Under the pieces are notes generated by a model, which did no database searches, was not told the origin of the DNA, and worked only from the letters and a program-made list of their open reading frames with translations. A stretch of 57,282 bases of DNA from a virus (taxonomy: Duplodnaviria; Caudoviricetes), in IMG/VR virus record IMGVR_UViG_3300022929_000029, positions 1-57,282 of that record. The stretch is one strand, 5' to 3'. A program made the translations under genes and the position numbers. Below, piece after piece: positions 1 through 9,034 of this stretch. Every line of letters begins with the position of its first letter. Position 1 is the first letter of the stretch.

Positions 1-149
1 TATCAAACTAGAGCATGACATACGTGCCATCATAGACCGACAAGAGAAGAATGGATTCAGCCTTGATATACCAAAGGCTTCTATCCTTGTAGCTAAACTT
101 GCAGAAGAAGCTGCGGATATCGAACAGGAAATGCAAGAAATATTTCCAC
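1..149. repeat. Terminal overlap, left copy (circular permutation / assembly overlap)
   Basis: 1-126 is identical to 57134-57259. The next 23 nt differ only at synonymous codon positions. Confidence 0.95.
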
Positions 150-1201
150 CCATTGTTCATGAAAGATATTCTGAGAAGACAGGCAAGAGGTTGCAAGATA
201 AGGTTGAGGTATTCAATCCAGGTTCTCGCCAACAGATAGCCTTTCGTCTGATGGAGAAGGGCTGGAAGCCTGAGAAACATACACCTACTGGGCATCCAAT
301 TGTGGACGAAGGTACGCTAAAGAATGTGGACATACCCGAAGCACAAAAGATTGCAAGGTATCTTCTCCTTCAGAAGCGGGTGTCGCAGGTTAAATCATGG
401 CTGGATGTAGTCCAAGAAGATGGTAAAGTTCATGGGCGTGTGATGACATTGAAAGCCATCTCTGGACGCATGGCGCATCACGGTCCTAACATGGCACAGA
501 TACCTGCCGTTTACTCTCCCTACGGCAAAGAGTGCAGAGAAGTGTGGAAGACTACTTCACCTTCGTACAAACTGTTAGGTTGTGATGCGTCAGGTTTAGA
601 ATTACGTTGTCTAGCACACTATATGGATGACCCTGAGTTTACTAAAGAGGTAGTAGATGGTGACATTCATACAGCAAATCAAAAGAATGCTGGACTAGAA
701 ACTAGAGATCAGGCCAAGACATTTATTTATGCATTAATTTATGGTGCAGGACCTGCAAAGATTGGTTCCATCGTAGGTGGTGGTGCTAGAGAAGGACAAG
801 CAGTCATGAATAAGTTTATGTCAAACATGCCAGCATTGAAACGTCTTCGTAATGCAGTGGACAAAGCTGCACAAGAAGGTTTCATTCGTGGTCTGGATGG
901 CAGACTATTGGTTGTCAGACAGCAACATGCCGCTGTTAATCTCCTACTACAAGGAGCAGGTGCAATCATATGTAAGGCTTGGCTTCGTAAAATAATACTA
1001 CTAGCAGAGAGAGAAAAGATAGACTATAAACTTGTTGCTAGTATCCACGATGAATACCAGTTTGAAGTGAATACATTACATGCAGATAAACTTGGAAGGA
1101 TTACAAAAGATGCAATGAAGTTTGTTGAAGAAGAACTCAAAGTAAACTGTCCCCTAGATAGTGAATTTAAAATAGGAAATAATTGGGCAGAGACACATTA
1201 A
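1..1201 (+). CDS. polA: DNA polymerase family A, C-terminal part (continues from 56676 across the circular junction; full protein about 552 aa)
   Basis: Motif A DASGLELR, motif B KTFIYALIYG and motif C HDE. In frame with the exonuclease ORF starting at 56676 (458+130 nt = 196 codons before ATG131). Confidence 0.95.
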   Translation, partial: IKLEHDIRAIIDRQEKNGFSLDIPKASILVAKLAEEAADIEQEMQEIFPPIVHERYSEKTGKRLQDKVEVFNPGSRQQIAFRLMEKGWKPEKHTPTGHPIVDEGTLKNVDIPEAQKIARYLLLQKRVSQVKSWLDVVQEDGKVHGRVMTLKAISGRMAHHGPNMAQIPAVYSPYGKECREVWKTTSPSYKLLGCDASGLELRCLAHYMDDPEFTKEVVDGDIHTANQKNAGLETRDQAKTFIYALIYGAGPAKIGSIVGGGAREGQAVMNKFMSNMPALKRLRNAVDKAAQEGFIRGLDGRLLVVRQQHAAVNLLLQGAGAIICKAWLRKIILLAEREKIDYKLVASIHDEYQFEVNTLHADKLGRITKDAMKFVEEELKVNCPLDSEFKIGNNWAETH

Positions 1202-1204
1202 CTG

Positions 1205-1233
1205 TTGACATTAATATTTTAGTGTGGCATAAT
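1205..1233 (+). promoter_or_regulatory. sigma70-type promoter for SSB
   Basis: TTGACA-N17-CATAAT with TG extension, in an intergenic gap. Confidence 0.75.
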
Positions 1234-1288
1234 ACTTAAAATCAAGACGGTGATCATTGAATCACATTTAACAAGGAGAATAAAAACA

Positions 1289-1762
1289 ATGAGTGTTATT
1301 TCTGGTAAAGCATATTGGGCATTTGTTCATGAAGCGAATACTACTTTTGAACCAACCTGGTCTATTGACGTTTCTTTAGATGAAGCTAATAAAGCTATCG
1401 TAGAAGCTGATGGTTTGAAGTGGCGTAACAAGGGTGACGAGCGTGGTGATTTCATTACAATCAAACGTAAGGTTACTAAGTCTAACGGCAACCCAAACGA
1501 GGCACCTGAAGTTGTTGATCACAACAAACGTATCCTAGCATCTGATAAAAACTTTATTGGTCCTGCTTCTATTGTTAATGTTCAGTACAGAACATATGAG
1601 TGGAACTATAAAGGTAACGCAGGTATCGGTGCAGACCTACAAAAGGTACAGCTTCTGGAACTAGAAGAGTTGCCTGATACATCAGACGATGAGTTGCCTG
1701 TTGTGGAATCAGGTTACTCTGCATCAGATAGTATCTCTGAAGAGGTTCCTTTCAATAGCTAA
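1289..1762 (+). CDS. Single-stranded DNA-binding protein, T7 gp2.5-like
   Basis: AAGGAG RBS before ATG1289, SGKAYWA N-terminus, acidic tail ending EEVPFNS, position next to the polymerase. Confidence 0.75.
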   Translation: MSVISGKAYWAFVHEANTTFEPTWSIDVSLDEANKAIVEADGLKWRNKGDERGDFITIKRKVTKSNGNPNEAPEVVDHNKRILASDKNFIGPASIVNVQYRTYEWNYKGNAGIGADLQKVQLLELEELPDTSDDELPVVESGYSASDSISEEVPFNS

Positions 1763-1836
1763 GTAGTACCAAGGGAGCAGCATCATTGTGAATGGCTGCG
1801 GGCTGGCTTGAGTTTGCGGTGGGTACGCCAGATTTT
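1763..1836 (+). other. GC-rich structured intergenic element (possible pseudoknot/terminator)
   Basis: Stems GTACC/GGTAC, GCAGC..CATT/AATG.GCTGC and CTGGC/GCCAG, followed by ATTTTT. Confidence 0.35.
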
Positions 1837-1851
1837 TACAGGGAGAAAAAC

Positions 1852-2052
1852 ATGAACGAATATACAGAAGAGTATGAACTTATTCAGCGTGATCCAATCA
1901 TGGGAACCGAAACAGTTGTTAAGGGTTCTGCTCTAACATGGATGGAATTACAAGACCTACTACTTAGATTTGTCCATGCATCAGGATACTATTACATTAC
2001 TGACATACAGTTTTTAAAAGATCAAGATCAAGATGAAGAGGAAGAGTTATGA
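1852..2052 (+). CDS. Hypothetical acidic protein
   Basis: GGGAG RBS before ATG1852; ATGA overlap with the next gene. Confidence 0.65.
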   Translation: MNEYTEEYELIQRDPIMGTETVVKGSALTWMELQDLLLRFVHASGYYYITDIQFLKDQDQDEEEEL

Positions 2053-2309
2053 GGCATGAAGCATACATGAAGAAGCTTATTGAGAATGGTGCTAATGTTG
2101 ACATGGTAAACAATCCACCTCACTACAATCATGCAGGTATAGAATGCATTGAAGCAATTGAAGCCGCACTAACCCCAGAAGAGTTTCGTGGTTACTGTAA
2201 AGGAAACAATATCAAGTATACATGGCGTGAGAGTTACAAGAATAAAGATGAAGACCTCGCTAAAGCAAACTGGTACTTGACTAGGTTACTAAAACAAAAG
2301 GAAAGCTAA
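2049..2309 (+). CDS. DUF3310-family protein (T7 gp1.7-like nucleotide kinase family)
   Basis: Signature DMVNNPPHY...IECIEAI...GNNIKY.WR...EDLAKA.WYL. Confidence 0.8.
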   Translation: MRHEAYMKKLIENGANVDMVNNPPHYNHAGIECIEAIEAALTPEEFRGYCKGNNIKYTWRESYKNKDEDLAKANWYLTRLLKQKES

Positions 2310-3163
2310 TGGCTCATATTGACACACTAATAGATGATATCTATAAAACACTTGAAGACGGTATTGAAAACGTAACAGTTAAGAAACGTGATGCAATCTA
2401 TAAGTGTGGTACAGAAGTAATGGAAGCAATAACAAGGGCTGTCACAGAAAAACGTGACAACTCCAACCCAACATTACGTATGTCACAGATTGGAAAGCCT
2501 TCACGTCAAGTATGGTATGACATGAAGAATACAAACCGTGAGCCTATCACTGGTCAAACAAAGATTAAGTTTTTGTTTGGTGATATTCTTGAATCATTGC
2601 TTCTATGTCTTGCACAACTAGCAAACCATGAAGTATCGGAACAACAAAAGACTGTCGAGGTGGATGGTATCAAAGGCCACACAGACTGTCGCATTGATGG
2701 AGTATTAGTAGATGTCAAGTCAGCATCGCCCTATGCTTTTAAGAAATTCAAGGACAGTACCCTGTCTACTGATGATCCCTTTGGTTATATTGCTCAGATT
2801 TCTGGGTATGCAGAAGCCCAAGGTGACAAGGAAGCAGCGTTCTTCGCAATAGATAAGTCATCTGCAGAACTTGTTCTGATGAAAGTTCATTCAATGCAAA
2901 TGATCAATGCTAGTGATCGTATCAATGAACTTAAATCAGTTGTTGGTAAGGATACTCCACCACCACGTTGCTACACTGATGAGGCTGACGGAGCATCAGG
3001 CAATCGTAAGCTTGCTATTGGTTGTGTATATTGTCCATTCAAAAAATCATGTTGGTCAGATGCCAATGGTGGTATGGGGTTACGTGCCTTCAAATACTCT
3101 AACGGTGTTCGTTATCTTACAGTTACTGCCAAGCTACCAAATGTGGAAGAAGTTGCTGCATGA
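2309..3163 (+). CDS. PD-(D/E)XK exonuclease (Cas4/RecB-like phage exonuclease)
   Basis: GHTD...DVKS, Q..GY and C-terminal CVYCPF...C. Confidence 0.75.
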   Translation: MAHIDTLIDDIYKTLEDGIENVTVKKRDAIYKCGTEVMEAITRAVTEKRDNSNPTLRMSQIGKPSRQVWYDMKNTNREPITGQTKIKFLFGDILESLLLCLAQLANHEVSEQQKTVEVDGIKGHTDCRIDGVLVDVKSASPYAFKKFKDSTLSTDDPFGYIAQISGYAEAQGDKEAAFFAIDKSSAELVLMKVHSMQMINASDRINELKSVVGKDTPPPRCYTDEADGASGNRKLAIGCVYCPFKKSCWSDANGGMGLRAFKYSNGVRYLTVTAKLPNVEEVAA

Positions 3164-3564
3164 AGAAGACTACCAAGAGACAGAGAAAAAACTCATACTC
3201 ACATAAGTATAGAAGCAACTCAGAACTTTCCTGCAGTGAACAGTTAACTAAGAATAAAATTGACTTCAAGTATGAACCATATCCCATTGCATATGAATGG
3301 TTTGAGAACAAGAAATACATACCAGATTTCCTGTTACCAAATGGTATTATACTTGAAGTCAAAGGCAGGTTCATGCTAGAGGACAGAAAGAAACATCTGT
3401 TCATTCGATCACAACATCCTGATATTGATATACGTTTTATATTTGATAACCCTTACCGTAAACTTTACAAGGGTGGTAAGATGACGTATGCAGATTGGTG
3501 TGATAAGTATAAGTTCAAGTTCTGTAAGTTAAACGAAGAGATACCACAAGACTGGCTTACCTGA
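3160..3564 (+). CDS. T7 endonuclease I-like Holliday junction resolvase
   Basis: KYRS..E, YIPDF.LPNGIILEVKG and TYADWC motifs. Confidence 0.88.
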   Translation: MKKTTKRQRKNSYSHKYRSNSELSCSEQLTKNKIDFKYEPYPIAYEWFENKKYIPDFLLPNGIILEVKGRFMLEDRKKHLFIRSQHPDIDIRFIFDNPYRKLYKGGKMTYADWCDKYKFKFCKLNEEIPQDWLT

Positions 3565-3899
3565 TGATAGATACGGAAATTAATCTCGTACTGTCTAATG
3601 ATGCCCAAGTAAGTATATCATCCCCAGAGAAAACTTTATATCTGGCGGTTATCCTTCAAGCATTACTAGACGCAACCAAGCCTTCATACAACGGAGAACC
3701 AGAACATGCAGTCCTAGAAAGAGACAGGGCTATAGCATGGTTCTTTGCATCTGTCGGTGTAACTGCAGAAGACTTCACTGAAGTGTGTGATAGTGCAGGT
3801 GTAAACCCTGAATACATGAGACAATTTGCTTTTCGTGTACTTAAATCGGGTGAGGTAGACTTTGTTCGCAAGAGAATAAATGCTATTCTTGGTCACTAG
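3564..3899 (+). CDS. Conserved hypothetical phage protein
   Basis: Coupled start/stop; LAVILQALLDA...WF...DF..VC..AG pattern. Confidence 0.7.
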   Translation: MIDTEINLVLSNDAQVSISSPEKTLYLAVILQALLDATKPSYNGEPEHAVLERDRAIAWFFASVGVTAEDFTEVCDSAGVNPEYMRQFAFRVLKSGEVDFVRKRINAILGH

Positions 3900-3904
3900 A
3901 TCTA

Positions 3905-3933
3905 TTGTAATTCATATTCGTTTGTGATACTAT
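3905..3933 (+). promoter_or_regulatory. sigma70-type promoter for RNR
   Basis: TTGTAA-N17-TACTAT with TG extension. Confidence 0.55.
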
Positions 3934-3969
3934 TATTTTTCGTCACACTATAATCCCGGAGAGATATAC

Positions 3970-5913
3970 ATGAATAATATTTTACCTACAGACTACCAAA
4001 ATTTTATTGCGCTTTCACGATATGCACGTTGGAAAGAAGATGAACAACGCCGTGAGACATGGACTGAAACAGTAAGCCGATACTTTGATTATATGCAAGA
4101 ACATCTAAAGAAAAATTATTCATATGATATAACAAAAGATCTACGTAGCAAGCTAGAAGAAGCAGTATTAAACCAAAACATTATGCCAAGTATGAGAGCA
4201 TTAATGACTGCAGGTCCTGCCTTAGATCGTTGCCATGTAGGTGGCTACAATTGTTCTTACGTACCAGTTGATAGCCCTCGTGCCTTTGACGAAACAATGT
4301 ACATTCTAATGTGTGGTACAGGTGTAGGCTTTTCTGTTGAAAGACATATCGTTGACAAACTACCAACAGTTAATGAAGATTTTCATGACACAGATACAGT
4401 AATTAAGGTAGGTGATTCACGTCCAGGCTGGGCTAAGTCATTGAAAGAACTTATCTTTATGTTGTACTCTGGTCAGGTTCCCAAGTTCGATGTCAGCGAA
4501 GTGCGTCCTGCAGGTGCAAGGCTCAAGACATTTGGTGGTAGGGCATCAGGTCCTCAACCGTTGATTGAGTTGTTTGAGTTTTGTATTAAGAAATTTAAGG
4601 GTGCAGCAGGACGTAAACTATATCCTATTGAATGCCATGATATCATGTGCAAGATTGGTGAGGTTGTAGTGGTAGGCGGTGTACGCCGATCAGCCCTTAT
4701 AAGCCTGTCTAACCTCAACGATGATCAGATGCGACATGCCAAGTCAGGGCAGTGGTGGGATGAGCCTGGAATTAAACGTGAAGGTCAACGTGCATTGGCT
4801 AATAACTCTGTAGCTTACAAAGAAAAGCCAGAGATGGGTACGTTCATGCGTGAGTGGTTATCACTATACGAATCACATTCAGGTGAGCGTGGTATCTTTA
4901 ATCGACAAGCAGCAATCAAACAAGCCGCTAAGAATGGAAGACGTGAAACTGATCATGACTTTGGCTGCAACCCTTGTAGTGAGATTATCTTACGTCCATA
5001 TCAGTTCTGTAATTTGTCAGAGGTTGTGGTACGAGAAAGCGACACAGTTGAAACACTACGTGAAAAGGTTAAGCTTGCTACCATCCTTGGTACATTCCAA
5101 GCTACACTAACCAACTTCAAATATCTGCGTAAGATTTGGCAGAAGAACACAGAAGAAGAACGGTTGCTTGGTGTGTCTTTGACAGGCATCATGGATAATA
5201 AACTAACATCTCAGATTGGTGGTACATTGGAAACAGTACTAGAATTACTGCGTGAAGAAGCAGTATTGACTAACAAGGATATTGCAAAGAAGTTGGACAT
5301 TCCACAGTCAACTGCTGTTACTTGTGTAAAGCCTAGTGGTACTGTATCTCAGCTTACTGATGCTGCATCAGGCATTCATGCACGTCATAATGAATATTAT
5401 ATTCGTACTGTTCGTGGTGACAACAAAGACCCACTAACACAGTTCTTGATTGCCGAAGGTATCCCATCGGAGCCTGATGTAAACAAACCAGAAAGCACAA
5501 CAGTCTTTAGCTTCCCCATGAAGTCACCTAAAGGTGCGGTGACACGTACTCAAATGACCGCTATTGAACAGCTTGAACTGTGGCTTACCTATCAACGGCA
5601 TTGGTGCGAACATAAGCCTAGTGTAACAATTTCAGTAAAGGAATCAGAATGGATGAGCGTAGGTGCTTGGGTGTATAAATATTTCGATGAAGTGTCAGGT
5701 ATTAGTTTCCTTCCTTTTGATGATCATGTTTATGCACAAGCACCTTATCAGGACATTGATTCTGCTGCATACAAAGATTGGTCAGCTAAGATGCCAAAGA
5801 ATGTTAACTGGTCTAAGCTGAGTGACTTTGAAAAGGAAGACACTACATCAGGTGGACGTGAGTTGGCTTGTACTGCAGGTGTCTGTGAAGTAGTTGACTT
5901 GAATGCGGCATAA
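3970..5913 (+). CDS. nrdJ: Class II (adenosylcobalamin-dependent) ribonucleotide reductase
   Basis: YNCSY, GCNPCSEI, CNLSE, VKPSGTVS and C-terminal C.AG.C pair; no beta-subunit gene in the genome. Confidence 0.88.
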   Translation: MNNILPTDYQNFIALSRYARWKEDEQRRETWTETVSRYFDYMQEHLKKNYSYDITKDLRSKLEEAVLNQNIMPSMRALMTAGPALDRCHVGGYNCSYVPVDSPRAFDETMYILMCGTGVGFSVERHIVDKLPTVNEDFHDTDTVIKVGDSRPGWAKSLKELIFMLYSGQVPKFDVSEVRPAGARLKTFGGRASGPQPLIELFEFCIKKFKGAAGRKLYPIECHDIMCKIGEVVVVGGVRRSALISLSNLNDDQMRHAKSGQWWDEPGIKREGQRALANNSVAYKEKPEMGTFMREWLSLYESHSGERGIFNRQAAIKQAAKNGRRETDHDFGCNPCSEIILRPYQFCNLSEVVVRESDTVETLREKVKLATILGTFQATLTNFKYLRKIWQKNTEEERLLGVSLTGIMDNKLTSQIGGTLETVLELLREEAVLTNKDIAKKLDIPQSTAVTCVKPSGTVSQLTDAASGIHARHNEYYIRTVRGDNKDPLTQFLIAEGIPSEPDVNKPESTTVFSFPMKSPKGAVTRTQMTAIEQLELWLTYQRHWCEHKPSVTISVKESEWMSVGAWVYKYFDEVSGISFLPFDDHVYAQAPYQDIDSAAYKDWSAKMPKNVNWSKLSDFEKEDTTSGGRELACTAGVCEVVDLNAA

Positions 5914-5921
5914 AAAAAAGC

Positions 5922-5950
5922 TTGACATTGTAATTCAAATGTCATATAAT
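5922..5950 (+). promoter_or_regulatory. Consensus sigma70 promoter of the glycosyltransferase-TerS unit, overlapped by a palindrome
   Basis: TTGACA-N17-TATAAT; inverted repeat TGACATT-N8-AATGTCA spans the -35 element and spacer. Confidence 0.85.
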
Positions 5951-5975
5951 ATACCTTTACAACCGAAGGTGTGTT

Positions 5976-6749
5976 ATGTTTAGTAATAAGAAGCCAGTTA
6001 TATACGTAGGATATGATGATCGTGAGTACCAATCATATGAAGTTCTCAGAGAATCTATCCTACGTTATACAGATAAGTATGATATTATTCCTCTTGTACA
6101 AACCTCACTAAGACGTGCTGGCCTATATCGCCGTACAGTAAGGCTTGATATTGCAGGTGGTGATAAGGTTGCAAGAGTAGATGAATTTGATTGCCGTCCT
6201 TTTAGTACAGACTTTACCTTTACAAGGTTCTTGATACCTGCTATGAATCAGTATAGTGGGTGGGCTTTGTTCATGGATTCAGATATGTTTGTTCGGACTA
6301 ACATCGAAGAGTTCTTTGATGAGTATACAAAGAACCATCAATATGCTATTCAGTGTGTACACCATAACTATAATCCGACAGCAACTGTAAAGATGGATAA
6401 TCAAGTTCAACAGAACTATAACAGAAAGAACTGGTCTAGTTTTGTTCTTTGGAATTGTTCTCATAAGTCTAATCTTAATCTTACTGTTGACGATGCCAAC
6501 TTAAAACCAGGTAGCTGGCTTCATGGCTTTGGTTGGTTACAAGACGATGAGATTGGTGCCATCAGCGAAGAATGGAACTGGTTAGATGGCTGGTCTCCTG
6601 AAGCTATGAATGCTAAGAACGTACACTTTACAACAGGCGGTCCTTGGTTTGAACCTGAGTGGGAACCAAAGAGACAATCCGATATTGCCTATGCTGCAGA
6701 GTGGAAAGAATTAAAGAAGAAGACTTTTATTTTAGGAGAAGATAATTAA
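5976..6749 (+). CDS. GT-A fold glycosyltransferase (GT8-like / plant CDI-like)
   Basis: YVGYD.RE, STDFTFTRF, FMDSDM (DxD), RKNWSS, WNWL and HFTTGGPW motifs. Confidence 0.8.
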   Translation: MFSNKKPVIYVGYDDREYQSYEVLRESILRYTDKYDIIPLVQTSLRRAGLYRRTVRLDIAGGDKVARVDEFDCRPFSTDFTFTRFLIPAMNQYSGWALFMDSDMFVRTNIEEFFDEYTKNHQYAIQCVHHNYNPTATVKMDNQVQQNYNRKNWSSFVLWNCSHKSNLNLTVDDANLKPGSWLHGFGWLQDDEIGAISEEWNWLDGWSPEAMNAKNVHFTTGGPWFEPEWEPKRQSDIAYAAEWKELKKKTFILGEDN

Positions 6750-9034
6750 TGTATACTTTTGTTACATCGTTTAGTGAGAGTGGATACCACGAGTACGCCA
6801 AGAACATGCTGGAAAGTGTGGTCAATAAATGGAACCCTAAAGAGTTTAAACTCGTGGCTTACTACCATGACTTTGATATTAAAAGTGTGTCTCCCCCTAT
6901 GGCTGACAACATTGAGTATCGCAATCTTAATGACGTAAAAGAAATGCTTGAGTACCGTGAGCGTATGAAGTTTCATGATGGAACTGAAGGTGGTCAGATG
7001 AAATACAATTGGCGGCTTGATGCAATCAAGTGGTGTCATAAAGTATATGCAATGACTGATCTTGCCTTTGAAATTATGGAACAAGATGATCACGAGACTT
7101 GGATGATCTGGTTAGATGCAGATACGGTAACAACAAAACGGCTTGATGTAAAACAATTTAAAAAATGGCTGCCTGAAAAAGCAGACCTCGTACACTTAGG
7201 AAGAACAGATGCAGACTACAGCGAAACAAGTTTCATGGGCTTTAACTTGGGCATTCATAATACTTGCAGTCTCCTTGCTGACCTTAGAGGTGCTTACACT
7301 ATTGGTGAGGTAGTTGCATATCGTGAGTGGCATGATGGGTTTATCTTTGAACGTCTTCTTAATATCTACAAAGCACATGGCATGGTAACTAACAACCTGT
7401 CTGAAGGTGTCAAAGGTTTGGCAGCGTTTGCTCAGTCACCTTTGTCAGAATACTTTGATCACTTCAAAGGTAATTTAAAATCAAAGGTTAGCGATACAAC
7501 TGTGGCACCTGATGTTAATGGACCTAAACGATACAAACAATTGCTAGATCTTATTACTTTCTACAAGCCTAGTAATATTGTAGAGACTGGTACATGGAAT
7601 GGTGGACGTGCTATTCAAATGGCAGTTGCAGCATTTCAATACACAGATAAAGTACATTACACTGGCTTTGATTTGTTTGAAGAAGCTACCCCAGAATTAG
7701 ATCACATTGAATTGAACAGCAAGCCACACAATTCTAAGAAAGCTGTAGAAGCTAGGTTAGAAGAGTTTGCACGTAAAATGAAACCAATGGGTAAAATCTT
7801 TACGTTCAAGCTACATAAAGGTGACACAAAGAAAACACTCAAGGCTTGCAAGTCTATAAAGAAGGCAGACTTTGCATACATTGATGGTGGTCATTCTTAT
7901 GAAACAGTAAAGTCTGACTTTGAAAATCTAAAGCACGTACCTATTCTTGTGTTTGATGATTACTTTTCTAAAGACAAAGAAGGACGTATGCCAGACAACG
8001 ATGGTGTTAACCAACTTATGAAAGAGATTACGGCATATGGTAAGGTTGTCTTACCTTCTTCTGATGCAGTCATGGGTGGGGGTATAACTCATCTTTGTTT
8101 TGTAGCTATGAAGCAAGGTCTGCCTAAGATACCAGATGAACTGACACGTGTTCCCATTGTTGTCACACCAAAAGATTCTCGTCCTAAAGAGGAGATTATT
8201 AATAATGTTCTTGAAAATAAGAAACTAATTAAAGATTTTGATTGGATTAAAACAAGTAAGATCAATAATGAAACCGCCATCATTGTCTCTGGTGGTACTA
8301 GCACAGATTGGTGGGAAGTTAAGGATCGTATTGCTAAGACAAATGGTAAAGTATTCTGTGTTAAGCATAGCTATCCAAAACTTTTGGAGCAAGGCATTCA
8401 ACCGTTTGCTTGTGTGATCCTAGATCCACGTCCTATTACTGGCATGAGTACACATGGTGTAGTTCGTAAAGATTTGTTTGACAAAGTAGATGACAAAACA
8501 ATTATGCTTGTGGCATCTATGACTGATCCTTCAGTTACTAAACATCTTATCAAGAAGGGTGCTAATGTAAAAGGTTGGCAAGCTTACTCAGATGCCTTGC
8601 GTGATATGTCTGTTACAGATAAGATTGTAGTGGACAAGACAACAGGTATTGAAGAAGGCTCTACTCTTATCACTGGTGGTACTTGTGCAGCTATGCGTAC
8701 CATTGCTATTGCACATACACTAGGATTTAGAAACTTTGAACTGTTTGGTTTTGATTGTTCTGTTGGTGAAATAACAGAGGAAATGAAAAAAGAAACAACA
8801 GATACAGAGAAGCAACGACCTAAGTATATGCAAGTAGAAACAGGTGGTGAAAAGTTCTGGACTACAGGTGAACTACTAGCTATGGCACAAGACTGTGAGA
8901 AGCTATTTGATAATGATCAGATGGACATGGGAATTAATTTTCATGGTGAAGGTACTCTTGCCGCTGCAGTTTGGGAAGCGTCTAAACGTGGTAAGGAAAA
9001 GTATTACACAGAGTTGCTAGATGTCGCTGCTTAA
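6749..9034 (+). CDS. Three-domain fusion: GT-A glycosyltransferase + class I SAM methyltransferase + Maf/DUF115-like transferase
   Basis: WLDAD (DxD) in the N-terminal third; ETGTWNG and IDGGHSYETVKSD centrally; IIVSGGTS, VILDP and GGT.....I.IAHTLGFRNFELFGFD C-terminally. Confidence 0.72.
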   Translation: MYTFVTSFSESGYHEYAKNMLESVVNKWNPKEFKLVAYYHDFDIKSVSPPMADNIEYRNLNDVKEMLEYRERMKFHDGTEGGQMKYNWRLDAIKWCHKVYAMTDLAFEIMEQDDHETWMIWLDADTVTTKRLDVKQFKKWLPEKADLVHLGRTDADYSETSFMGFNLGIHNTCSLLADLRGAYTIGEVVAYREWHDGFIFERLLNIYKAHGMVTNNLSEGVKGLAAFAQSPLSEYFDHFKGNLKSKVSDTTVAPDVNGPKRYKQLLDLITFYKPSNIVETGTWNGGRAIQMAVAAFQYTDKVHYTGFDLFEEATPELDHIELNSKPHNSKKAVEARLEEFARKMKPMGKIFTFKLHKGDTKKTLKACKSIKKADFAYIDGGHSYETVKSDFENLKHVPILVFDDYFSKDKEGRMPDNDGVNQLMKEITAYGKVVLPSSDAVMGGGITHLCFVAMKQGLPKIPDELTRVPIVVTPKDSRPKEEIINNVLENKKLIKDFDWIKTSKINNETAIIVSGGTSTDWWEVKDRIAKTNGKVFCVKHSYPKLLEQGIQPFACVILDPRPITGMSTHGVVRKDLFDKVDDKTIMLVASMTDPSVTKHLIKKGANVKGWQAYSDALRDMSVTDKIVVDKTTGIEEGSTLITGGTCAAMRTIAIAHTLGFRNFELFGFDCSVGEITEEMKKETTDTEKQRPKYMQVETGGEKFWTTGELLAMAQDCEKLFDNDQMDMGINFHGEGTLAAAVWEASKRGKEKYYTELLDVAA

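Noticed and set aside
2309-3163. Cas4-like nuclease as part of a CRISPR system
   Set aside because: No repeat-spacer array or other cas genes; it sits in the replication module as an ordinary phage exonuclease.
3970-5913. Intron or intein in RNR, polymerase or helicase
   Set aside because: Frames are continuous, of expected size, and I saw no splicing motifs.
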